Positions 31,859 to 40,535 of a DNA stretch of 64,000 nucleotides are shown in pieces; within the stretch, counting starts at the first letter, position 1, and the number at the start of each line of letters is the position of its first letter. The stretch is from Planctomycetota bacterium (GTDB taxonomy: Bacteria; Planctomycetota; Planctomycetia; Planctomycetales; Planctomycetaceae): positions 910 to 64,909 of the forward strand of contig CAUZRQ010000013.1 of the NCBI GenBank assembly GCA_963582065.1, given 5' to 3'. The position numbers and the translations under genes are program-made. Below the pieces are notes generated by a model, which worked only from the letters and a program-made list of their open reading frames with translations, was not told where the DNA came from and made no database searches.

Positions 31859-33219
31859 CAGGGGGACTCGGGCAGCTCGGGCACCAACGGGACGTCAGCG
31901 AGATCACCCGCCGCGTAGTGAGTGTGTCGCTTCATCAGGCAGCCGCAGGCCAGAACCAGCAGGATCACGCCCAGGACCGACATGAAGTAGGTCAGGCTGC
32001 GGAAGAAATCGATGCGGGCAGTGTCGCCGGCCAGCAGGTCTTTGCCCAGCAGCACGCTGATGGCGCCACTGTAGCCCACGGCATCGGCCACGTAGACGGC
32101 AAACACGGCCGTGCCCACGGCACGGGTCGAAGCAATCAGGCGATCAAAGAGCACCGAACCGAATGGGACATAGGTCAAGTAAGCACCCAGTCCGGTCAGG
32201 ATCATCCAGGTCAGCCCACTGACAAGTTTGAGGTCCCAGAGGATCGTGCCGCCGCCGAGCAGTAGCACGCCAAAGGTCATGATCACGAAGGTGCCATAGA
32301 GTCCCCGGCGGTTGTCCCGAATCAGGTTCAGCCCGGCCAGGGCTGCCATCACTCCAAATGCGACCCAGAGTTCACTCCGTGTGAAAATGGCCGGTTTCTC
32401 ACCGTAACCCAGGCTCTCGAAGATCTCCTTGCCGAAGTTGTCTCGATAATCCCGGTAGGCTGTCAGAAAGAAATAGACCGTCGAAAGCAGGAGCATCTCC
32501 GGCAGAAACTGCCGAAAGAACTGCCAGCGCTGTGAGCCGCCCATCGTTGTCCGTTCGACACGAGCCTCGATATCGGCTGCGTCGGGTTGCGGCAGCTGGT
32601 TGAGGAGCCAGACCGATATCACGAACAGGGGCAGGAAACAGAGTCCCGTGACAGATGGCATCCAGAACTGGTCGATCGGGAAGGTCGACATCAGCCAGAG
32701 ACCGATGTCCTTGACGGCTCCGCTGGCGACGATGTAGGCGCAGCTCAGTCCCGCCAGCAGCATCTCGGATGTCCGTCGGCCCTCGAGATACAGGACGACC
32801 AAACCCCAGACCATGCCCAATGGCAGCCCGTTGAAGAAGATGGCTACGACCTTGAGGTTGTTGGGCAGGACCGCGAACAGCAGCAGGGCCAACTCGGCCA
32901 CGAGGATCATCAACACCAGTCCCTGTGCCCGTCTCCGCCGACCGATCTCGGCACAGACCTTGATCCCGACGATCTTCGAGAGTGCGTACCCGATGATCTG
33001 GCTGATGATGAAGGCCGTTTTCAGGTCCACTTCACCGCCCAGGAATTTCAGTCCCTCGTAGCTCGCCGCGGAAAACGGCTTGCGGAAGGCGTACATGCAG
33101 AAGTAGGTCGAGAACGACGCGAAGATCACGAACGCCGTGAACAGCGGGCGGGGTGCGTTGGCCAGCCAGTCCGCCACGCGTCTGCGGGGGATGGGCACGA
33201 ATGATGTCGGCCTGTCCAT
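31858..33219 (-). CDS. Polytopic membrane transporter, MFS-like (possibly DUF5690 family)
   Basis: 453 aa with about 12 hydrophobic segments. The N-terminal FCMYAFRKPF motif recalls DUF5690 from memory. Embedded in the demethylase/ETF operon. Confidence 0.65.
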   Translation of the reverse strand: MDRPTSFVPIPRRRVADWLANAPRPLFTAFVIFASFSTYFCMYAFRKPFSAASYEGLKFLGGEVDLKTAFIISQIIGYALSKIVGIKVCAEIGRRRRAQGLVLMILVAELALLLFAVLPNNLKVVAIFFNGLPLGMVWGLVVLYLEGRRTSEMLLAGLSCAYIVASGAVKDIGLWLMSTFPIDQFWMPSVTGLCFLPLFVISVWLLNQLPQPDAADIEARVERTTMGGSQRWQFFRQFLPEMLLLSTVYFFLTAYRDYRDNFGKEIFESLGYGEKPAIFTRSELWVAFGVMAALAGLNLIRDNRRGLYGTFVIMTFGVLLLGGGTILWDLKLVSGLTWMILTGLGAYLTYVPFGSVLFDRLIASTRAVGTAVFAVYVADAVGYSGAISVLLGKDLLAGDTARIDFFRSLTYFMSVLGVILLVLACGCLMKRHTHYAAGDLADVPLVPELPESP

Positions 33220-35232
33220 TCAGCCGGATTCCTTGAGCGATTCGAGGAGCACTTCGGCCAGGTCCACGATGCTGGCCGAAGACCCCTCGGTCGCCAGGCC
33301 ATCGCCGATCATTGTCCGGCAGAACGGACACGACACAACCACGGTCTCTGCGCCCGCTGCGGTGATCTCCTCGATGCGGTCGCGTCCCACGCGGTCCTCC
33401 GGTCCGTCGTCCAGCCACATCCGCCCGCCACCAGCACCACAGCAGGCCGTGCGGCAACCGTGACGCGGCAGTTCGTCCAGTTGGGCTCCGGTCGCTTCCA
33501 GCACCTCGCGGGGTGCGTCGACGATGCCGTTGACCCGGGCCAGGTAGCAGGGATCGTGGAAGGTGACCGGCTCGGGCGACGTTCGATCCACCTGCAACCG
33601 ACCCTCGGCCACCAGCGTGGAGAGGAACTCACTGTGGTGCACCACCTCGTAGTGTCCCCCCGCGTCCGGGTAGTCGTGCTTGAGGCTGTTGAGGCAATGG
33701 GGGCAGTGAGTGACGATGCGGGTGACCTTGTGCTTCCCGAGTTCCTCGATGTTGTGGGCCGCCAGTTCAGCGAACACGAACTCCTCGCCCATCCGACGCG
33801 CCGACTCGCCGGTGCAGCGTTCCCGTTCACCCAGCACCGCGAACCGCACTCCGGCGGCCTGCAGAAGTCGGACCATGGCCCGGGCGGTGCGGCGGGACTG
33901 GCGATCGTAGGCCGCGGCGCAGCCGACCCAGTACAGCACGTCGAAGTCCGGCTGGTCGTCGACGGTCGGCACTTCGAGGCCCTCGGCCCAGTCCATCCGC
34001 TGGTCGGGCGGCAGTCCCCAGGGGTTGCCCGAGCGGCTCAGTTTCTGGAGCGCGGTGGCCGCCGGACCCCGTACCGCCCCGGCTCCGATCAGGTGCCGCC
34101 GCATGCCGATGATCAACTCGAGCGGATCGACACCCAGCGGGCAGACCTCGACACAGGCCGAGCAGGTTGTGCAGGACCAGAGAGTTTCCTCCGACACCAC
34201 CTCGCCGGCGAGCGCCGGCCGGTTGTCCGATCCGATCCCGGGCAATTGCCGGGCGAGGTCCTGGACGACGCGGCGAGGAGAGAGCGGCTTGCCGGCGGCA
34301 TGGGCGGGGCACTCGTCCTGGCAACGTCCGCACGAGACGCACGCGTCGAGCGAGACAAGTTGCCGGACGGACAGGTGGGTCATCTGGCTGGTCCCGAAAA
34401 CCCCGGTCGCCTCGACTTCTTCAATCGTCACCGGAGTCATCGTCCCCAGCGGGCGTTCGGGATGGCCGCTCAGCAGCACGCTGCCGGCCACCGCGTGCCA
34501 CAGCCGCGTCGAGGGCACCGCGGCCAACAGCCCCAACGCGACCACCGCGTGCAGCCACCAGGCGAGTCGGTGAACGACGACCGCCGTCTCCCGGGTCACT
34601 CCCGCGGTCTCCAGGCCGCCGGCCACAGCCGCCCCGACAAATGACACCCATCGTCCCGGGCTGTCGGCCTCGATGATCCGCAGGCCTTCGACCAAAAAGC
34701 CACTGGCCCCCAGGAACAGCAACGCGAACAGCACCATCCAGTCGGAACGGCGGTGTCCGATCGAGGAATCTCCATGTCGTCGCCTGATCAGAAACCAGCC
34801 GGCTCCGGCCAGCACGGCCAATCCGGCCAGGTCCATCACCGGCTCGTAGATCGCGTAGTACAGGCCCTTGTGGAACACCGGCTCGTCGGCCTCGCGACCG
34901 GCCAGCAGGGCGGCGACATGTTCGACGGCGATCAGGATGGTGCCCAGGGTCAGCACGGCGAATCCGCCGAACAGGCAACGGTGGGCCCGCGAAGCGGCCG
35001 GCCGGGTCTTGCCGAGCGTGGCCTGGGACAGCACGCGGGTGAAGATGGCACGAACCAGTTGTCCGACCGAGTGCCGCGAATCATCTGCCCGTCCCGACCG
35101 CCAGCGGCGGATCCGTGGCCAGGCGGTGGTGACGGCGATCAACCCGGCGATGATCGCCAGCGCGTAGAAGATCGCCTTCGGCACCGTGCCGATGTTGCCG
35201 AAAATCTCTCGTGTGAGCGTTTCAGTCGGCAT
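33220..35232 (-). CDS. Membrane-anchored (Fe-S)-binding CCG-domain oxidoreductase (DgcB / HdrD-like)
   Basis: N-terminal region of about 250 aa with multiple TM helices. Two ferredoxin motifs, CVSCGRCQDECP and CTTCSACVEVCP. Two cysteine-rich CCG domains (VGCAAAYD, HDPCYLAR, CCGAGGG). Confidence 0.85.
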   Translation of the reverse strand: MPTETLTREIFGNIGTVPKAIFYALAIIAGLIAVTTAWPRIRRWRSGRADDSRHSVGQLVRAIFTRVLSQATLGKTRPAASRAHRCLFGGFAVLTLGTILIAVEHVAALLAGREADEPVFHKGLYYAIYEPVMDLAGLAVLAGAGWFLIRRRHGDSSIGHRRSDWMVLFALLFLGASGFLVEGLRIIEADSPGRWVSFVGAAVAGGLETAGVTRETAVVVHRLAWWLHAVVALGLLAAVPSTRLWHAVAGSVLLSGHPERPLGTMTPVTIEEVEATGVFGTSQMTHLSVRQLVSLDACVSCGRCQDECPAHAAGKPLSPRRVVQDLARQLPGIGSDNRPALAGEVVSEETLWSCTTCSACVEVCPLGVDPLELIIGMRRHLIGAGAVRGPAATALQKLSRSGNPWGLPPDQRMDWAEGLEVPTVDDQPDFDVLYWVGCAAAYDRQSRRTARAMVRLLQAAGVRFAVLGERERCTGESARRMGEEFVFAELAAHNIEELGKHKVTRIVTHCPHCLNSLKHDYPDAGGHYEVVHHSEFLSTLVAEGRLQVDRTSPEPVTFHDPCYLARVNGIVDAPREVLEATGAQLDELPRHGCRTACCGAGGGRMWLDDGPEDRVGRDRIEEITAAGAETVVVSCPFCRTMIGDGLATEGSSASIVDLAEVLLESLKESG

Positions 35233-36187
35233 CGAGTTGTCGGATCATTTCGGGCACGATGTCATACAGGTCGCCGACGATTCCGTAGTCGGCGACCTCG
35301 AAGATCGGCGCGTGGGGGTCGGAATTGACCGCGACGATCACCCGCGAGTTCTTCATGCCGGCCAGGTGCTGGACCGCACCCGAGATGCCCACCGCGATGT
35401 AGAGTTCGGGGGCCACCACCTTGCCGGTCTGGCCGACCTGCAGATCGTTGGGCGCCAGGCCGGCGTCGACCAGCGCACGGGAACTGCCGGTCGCTCCATC
35501 GAACCGGTCGGCCAGTCCTCCGACCAGTCGCTCGAAGTCCTCCGTCGTCTTCAGGCCTCGTCCGCCCGAAACCACCACGCGGGCCTCGGTGACATCGGGT
35601 CGGTGGCTGGGGCGGCCGTCGAGACCCAGGTGGCCGGTTGAGGTCGGTAGCCGACCGAGGTCAATTTCGACCGGCGTGATCGACGCCGGCGGTGAACTCC
35701 GTTCGGGCGGTTCGGCGGCAGTGGGCCGTACGGTGACGATCAGCGGGTTCCCGTGCAGGACGACGCTGGCGGTGACCGCTCCGGCATACATCGGCCGCTG
35801 CCAGACCAGGTGGCCCCCATCCCGATGAAACCCGGTGACGTCGCTGGCCATGGCCCCCCCGAGCAGGCCGCCGGCTCGGCCGAGGATGTCGCGGGAGAAA
35901 GTTGACGAGGCGCCCAGCAGGATGTCGGCCGATTCGGATCGCATCACCCCGGCGGTCACCTCGGCCCAACGGTCCGCCAGGGGTTCGGCCAGGTCCGCGT
36001 GCGAGGCGACCAGCACCGGGCCAAACGTGGCCGCGTCGTCGGCGACCGTGGCGAGGGAGTCACCGAGTACCAGGCAGGTGACTTGATCGCCATCGCCGTC
36101 GGCCAACCGTCGGGCGAAGCCCAACGCCGCGGTTGTCCCGGCTCGCAAACGGTCTCCGTCATGCTCGGCCAACACCAGCACGTGCAT
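35222..36187 (-). CDS. etfA: Electron transfer flavoprotein subunit alpha
   Basis: C-terminal FAD-binding signature [31 protein letters not shown]. Confidence 0.9.
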   Translation of the reverse strand: MHVLVLAEHDGDRLRAGTTAALGFARRLADGDGDQVTCLVLGDSLATVADDAATFGPVLVASHADLAEPLADRWAEVTAGVMRSESADILLGASSTFSRDILGRAGGLLGGAMASDVTGFHRDGGHLVWQRPMYAGAVTASVVLHGNPLIVTVRPTAAEPPERSSPPASITPVEIDLGRLPTSTGHLGLDGRPSHRPDVTEARVVVSGGRGLKTTEDFERLVGGLADRFDGATGSSRALVDAGLAPNDLQVGQTGKVVAPELYIAVGISGAVQHLAGMKNSRVIVAVNSDPHAPIFEVADYGIVGDLYDIVPEMIRQLDAD

Positions 36188-36230
36188 CGTCGGGGTCTCG
36201 GTGGGTGATTAGTGAGCCGGTGGCAAACGG

Positions 36231-36986
36231 TCAGAACAACTCGGTGTTCTCTCGGAGGCATTGCAGCAGTTCGGTGACGTTCTCGAGCCGTCGGCCGGTT
36301 CGTTGGGACGACACCTGTTGGAGCCCGACCAGTTCGACCCTGGGCTCGATCTCGATTCCCAACTCCTCCAGCGACATCTCCTCGATCGGTTTTCCACGGG
36401 CCGCCAGGATGCCGGGCAACGAGGCGTAGCGGGGTTCGTTGAGTCGGAGGTCAGCGGTGATCACCGCCGGCCAGGTGACCGAAAGCGTCTCGATCCCGTA
36501 ATCGGTTTCACGAGCCACTTCGGCGCCATGTTCGGAGTCGTCGATCCGCGAGGCGAACGTGGCCTGTGGCCAGCCCAACTGGGCGGCGAGGAACTGTCCG
36601 GTCTGGGCGGAATCGTCGTCGACGGCCTGCTTTCCCATCAGGACCAGGCGTGGTCCGAGCCGGCGGGCCAATTCGGCCAGGATGCCAGCGACGTTCCACG
36701 GGTCGAGCGGTTCGGCGGCATCGACCCGGATTGCCCGGTCTGCCCCCATTGCCAACGCCGTTCGCAGTTCGTCCTCGTACGCCTCGCCCCCGATTCCCAC
36801 CACGACCACCTCGACGTCGTCGCGTCGCTCGCGCAGTCGCAACGCTTCCTCGACGGCGATTGCGTCGAAGGGGTTGATCACGAACGAGAGGTGCGAGGTG
36901 TCGACGTCGAGTTCACCGGGAACGACGCGAATCACCCCGTCGGTGTCGGGGACCCGCTTGGTCGGAACCAGTACCAGGAAACTCAT
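36231..36986 (-). CDS. etfB: Electron transfer flavoprotein subunit beta
   Basis: VPTKRVPDTD N-terminus and INPFDAIAVEEALRLRE. 251 aa, directly upstream of etfA. Confidence 0.9.
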   Translation of the reverse strand: MSFLVLVPTKRVPDTDGVIRVVPGELDVDTSHLSFVINPFDAIAVEEALRLRERRDDVEVVVVGIGGEAYEDELRTALAMGADRAIRVDAAEPLDPWNVAGILAELARRLGPRLVLMGKQAVDDDSAQTGQFLAAQLGWPQATFASRIDDSEHGAEVARETDYGIETLSVTWPAVITADLRLNEPRYASLPGILAARGKPIEEMSLEELGIEIEPRVELVGLQQVSSQRTGRRLENVTELLQCLRENTELF

Positions 36987-38278
36987 GCCGTCGGTCCGTC
37001 TCCACCTGTCTGCTCCACGACACTCCCATCCCCGTCCTCGATTCGCCCGTAGTACCCCGCGTGCATCTGGTAACAGGCTGCCTCGATGTCGGGGCGGTCC
37101 TGCAACTCGGGGTGTTCGAAGAACCGGTCGGCCTGGATTGCCTCGATGTCGTAGCCGGTGCGGCCGTCGAGCACCAGCTCTGCCATGATCACACCGATTG
37201 CCGGGCTCTGCACGATTCCGTGTCCACAGAATCCCGAGCAGTGGAACAGGCCTTCGATGTCTGGTCGCCGGCCGCAGAACGGTTTGCCGTCGGGTGAAAA
37301 GGTCATGATGCCGCGGGTGATCGTCATTGGAGTGCGTTCATCGATCCAGGAGAATCGCCGCTTGGTGGCGTCGATCAGCAGGGCCACGTGCAGGTCGTCG
37401 GCACGCACCGTCAGTGACGACATGTCAAAGTCATCGGGAAGAGATGCCATGTCGTGCTGCACTGCGTCGGCACCGTACATGCCCACGATCAGGCCGCCGG
37501 ATTCGGGTCGCGAGTAGATTCTCAGGTGGCGGTCTCGGATGGCCGGGCTGAGCCGATCGACGGGATGACCGTCGTCGGGGCGGGTGGTCAGGTAGACGTG
37601 TCCCAGGGCGGCGGTCTGCAGCGGGGTGTCGACCAGTCCGGCGACCAGGTACGACCATGGACCGGCGGCGTTGATCACCACGTCGGTCGAGATGGTGCCG
37701 TGATCGGTGATGACACCACGGACACGGTTCTCGGTGATGTCGAGCCCGCGGACGGGACAGCCGGGATGGTAGACGACCCCGGATTCCCGGCCGAGTTTCA
37801 GGTAGGCCGCCACCAGTTCGGCCGGCTGCAGGTGGCCGTCGGTGGGGCAGTAGCAGGCATCGATCAGGTCGTCGGTCCGCATGTAGGGGAGCAGCTCCGA
37901 GACCTCGTCGACTGGCAGGTGGTCGATGTCGAAACCGATCCCGCGTCCCATCTCGACCAGGTCACGGATCTCGCCCGCCCGCTCGTCGGTCTGGGCCACT
38001 CGCAAGGAGCCGGTTTGTACGAAGATCTCGACGTCCGCCCGCTCTTCCAGTTCCGTGACGATCTCCACACCGTCCATCAACATCCGGGTGGCGGCGGGCG
38101 AACCACGGAGTTGGCCCAGCAGGCCGGCCGCGCGGCCGGTTGATCCGTTCCCCAATCGCTCGCGTTCGAGGACGGTCACCGACGTTCCACGCGACGCCAA
38201 TTGCATCGCCGTGCTCAAGCCGGCGACGCCACCTCCGACAACGACAACGTCGCTGGTCTCCGGGAGGGCATCGGCCAT
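36983..38278 (-). CDS. FAD-dependent oxidoreductase (DAO family), second copy
   Basis: VVVVGGGVAGLSTA dinucleotide fold and DAO-like architecture, 431 aa. First gene of the operon, overlapping etfB by 4 nt. Confidence 0.8.
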   Translation of the reverse strand: MADALPETSDVVVVGGGVAGLSTAMQLASRGTSVTVLERERLGNGSTGRAAGLLGQLRGSPAATRMLMDGVEIVTELEERADVEIFVQTGSLRVAQTDERAGEIRDLVEMGRGIGFDIDHLPVDEVSELLPYMRTDDLIDACYCPTDGHLQPAELVAAYLKLGRESGVVYHPGCPVRGLDITENRVRGVITDHGTISTDVVINAAGPWSYLVAGLVDTPLQTAALGHVYLTTRPDDGHPVDRLSPAIRDRHLRIYSRPESGGLIVGMYGADAVQHDMASLPDDFDMSSLTVRADDLHVALLIDATKRRFSWIDERTPMTITRGIMTFSPDGKPFCGRRPDIEGLFHCSGFCGHGIVQSPAIGVIMAELVLDGRTGYDIEAIQADRFFEHPELQDRPDIEAACYQMHAGYYGRIEDGDGSVVEQTGGDGPTA

Positions 38279-38593
38279 GGGTTGATCTGGTCCTGGGCAG
38301 GTCGTGGTCTGACGTCAGTCGCCGTAGTCTAACGTGCCACCCTCCGCTGACGAAAGCGATGCGACCGCGGTCGATCTGGCTGCGAACCCGCCGACAGCGA
38401 CCAACGCAAACCGCCCGGTTTACCCAGTATCTCATTTGGCTTCTTCCCGCGAGACCGAGTGGATGATCGGTTCATGTCGCGGCCCGGGTGGTGACGAATC
38501 AAGGGATGGGGCGGTCTGATCGGTGGATGTCGGACCGTGCCACTGTCGAGGTTGACTCGTCCACCGTTTCGACAAGTGGGAGCCAGTTTTCTG

Positions 38594-39286
38594 ATGAGAC
38601 AACCGATTCAGATCGACCAGGGTTGTGCCGGCGGCCTGGAGATTCATCGTGGACGGACCGGTTACCGGTTTCGGCCGGTCATCGGGAACCGGCTGGTGTT
38701 GGGTTCGGCTCCCGAATGTGACCTGCGGCTGGGCGGTGCGGGGATGCCAGCGGTGCACAGCCAGGTGCATGTCGAGGGTGGCCGGGTGTGGATCGAGGCG
38801 ATTTCGCTCGACCCGCCGCTGGTGGTCAACGGAGAGCCGTGCCAGATGACCCAGCTGGTTGATGGCGACGTGATTGCGCTGGGTCCCTTCGCGTTCACCT
38901 GGCGGGCAGCCGAAGTTCCCGTCGCGGCTGAGTCTCCGGCTGAGGAGTTGTCGACGGACGAACTGGTGGAGCGGCTCGAGCGGGACATGGCGTTGGTGGC
39001 CGATCGGGACGAAACGACCAGGCGGGCCGTGGCGACGGTAGTCGAAGCGGCCCTCGAGACCCTCTATGGCGTCACACCCACTACGAATGAGGTCACTGCT
39101 GGTGGTGGCCTGGCGGAGAAGCTCGACGAGTTGGCCCGTCGGATCGAGGCTCATGAAACGGCTCACGCCGCTGCGGTCGAGAGTCTGCTGGACACGCAGG
39201 AGCGGCTGGTGGCGCAGGTCGCGTCACTGGCGGCCCGGCTGCTCGACGAGCAGTCCGGTGGCGAGAGCCTGCGGGCCAGCGCCTAG
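38594..39286 (+). CDS. FHA-domain protein
   Basis: ATG at 38594 inside ORF 38537..39286. FHA-like core ([48 protein letters not shown]). Helical C-terminus. Confidence 0.7.
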   Translation: MRQPIQIDQGCAGGLEIHRGRTGYRFRPVIGNRLVLGSAPECDLRLGGAGMPAVHSQVHVEGGRVWIEAISLDPPLVVNGEPCQMTQLVDGDVIALGPFAFTWRAAEVPVAAESPAEELSTDELVERLERDMALVADRDETTRRAVATVVEAALETLYGVTPTTNEVTAGGGLAEKLDELARRIEAHETAHAAAVESLLDTQERLVAQVASLAARLLDEQSGGESLRASA

Positions 39287-40224
39287 GTGTCGGCCTCGCG
39301 GAATTTCAGCTGGGGCTTTTCGATCGTCACCACCGTGTTGGGTGGGATGCTCTGAATCAGCGAGACGCTGGCCCCGATGACCGACCGGGCTCCGACGACC
39401 GTCTTACCACCCAGTACCGTCGCGTTGGCGTAGATCACCACGCCCTCCTCGATCGTCGGGTGCCTCTTCTGGCCGCGGACCAGTTGGCCGCTGTCGTCCT
39501 TGGGGAACGAGAGGGCACCGAGCGTGACGCCCTGGTAGAGCTTGACGTGCGAGGCGATCGCGGTCGTCTCGCCGATCACCACTCCGGTGCCGTGGTCGAT
39601 GAAGAACGACGGCCCGATCGTGGCACCGGGATGGATGTCGATCCCGGTGCGATTGTGCGACCACTCGGCCATCATCCTGGGAATGAAGGGGACATCGAGT
39701 CCGTAGAGCTCGTGGGCCAGCCGGTGGACGGTGATCGCCTGCAGACCGGGGTAGCAGAGGATGATCTCGTCGAGTCCTCGTGCGGCGGGGTCGCCGTCGT
39801 AGGCGGCCTGGACATCCGTGGCCAGCAGTTCCCGCAGCCGCGGCAATGATTCGAGCAATGCGATCGCTTTCTGCCGGGCCAGGTCATCGAATGCGTCATT
39901 CGCGTCGTCAGGCTGGGGATCGCCGTTGTTGGCCAGGGCCTGCTCGTGTCTCAGGGCCCGGGCGATCTGCTGGGTGAGTGCGTCGTTGAGGCCTTCGAGC
40001 AGGTCGCCGACGTGGTAGCCGACGTTTCCGGCATGCAGTTTCTGCCGTCGCTGGTATCCGGGGTAGATCACCTCCATCAGGTCGTGGGTGATCTCGATCA
40101 CGGCGTCATTGTGAGGCAGCGGCGAGTGGCCGAGGTGATTGATCGTGCCGATCTGGCTGTAGGTCGCGACGACCTGTTCGGTCACGCGGGGCAACCGGTT
40201 CTTGCCGGGAGTTTCGGGAGCCAT
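39283..40224 (-). CDS. cysE: Serine O-acetyltransferase (long form)
   Basis: Left-handed beta-helix hexapeptide region [27 protein letters not shown]...IGASV and SATase N-terminal helical domain. Confidence 0.85.
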   Translation of the reverse strand: MAPETPGKNRLPRVTEQVVATYSQIGTINHLGHSPLPHNDAVIEITHDLMEVIYPGYQRRQKLHAGNVGYHVGDLLEGLNDALTQQIARALRHEQALANNGDPQPDDANDAFDDLARQKAIALLESLPRLRELLATDVQAAYDGDPAARGLDEIILCYPGLQAITVHRLAHELYGLDVPFIPRMMAEWSHNRTGIDIHPGATIGPSFFIDHGTGVVIGETTAIASHVKLYQGVTLGALSFPKDDSGQLVRGQKRHPTIEEGVVIYANATVLGGKTVVGARSVIGASVSLIQSIPPNTVVTIEKPQLKFREADT

Positions 40225-40535
40225 GGCGGAAGCCTTTGGTCATGGGCCTCCACCGGAGTGGTCGGCCCGTGAGAGCACTGAGTGAACTGCGACGTGAGCG
40301 GGCACCGGCCCGGGTGGTGTCGCGAGATGTCCGAGCGTGGTCGACGGAGTGTTCCGTCGACCCTTCAACAGCCGCAGCTGATCGGCAGCAGCAGCGAGCA
40401 GAGCGAGGACTGTTGAACGACTCGTGACATCGCAGGTCACCCTGGGGGGGACGGACCATGGTGGGCAACGATCCAACGACCGCTGCCGACGGTGGCTCCT
40501 GATCACTTGATTCTAGGAGTCGCTCGAGAGGCCGG

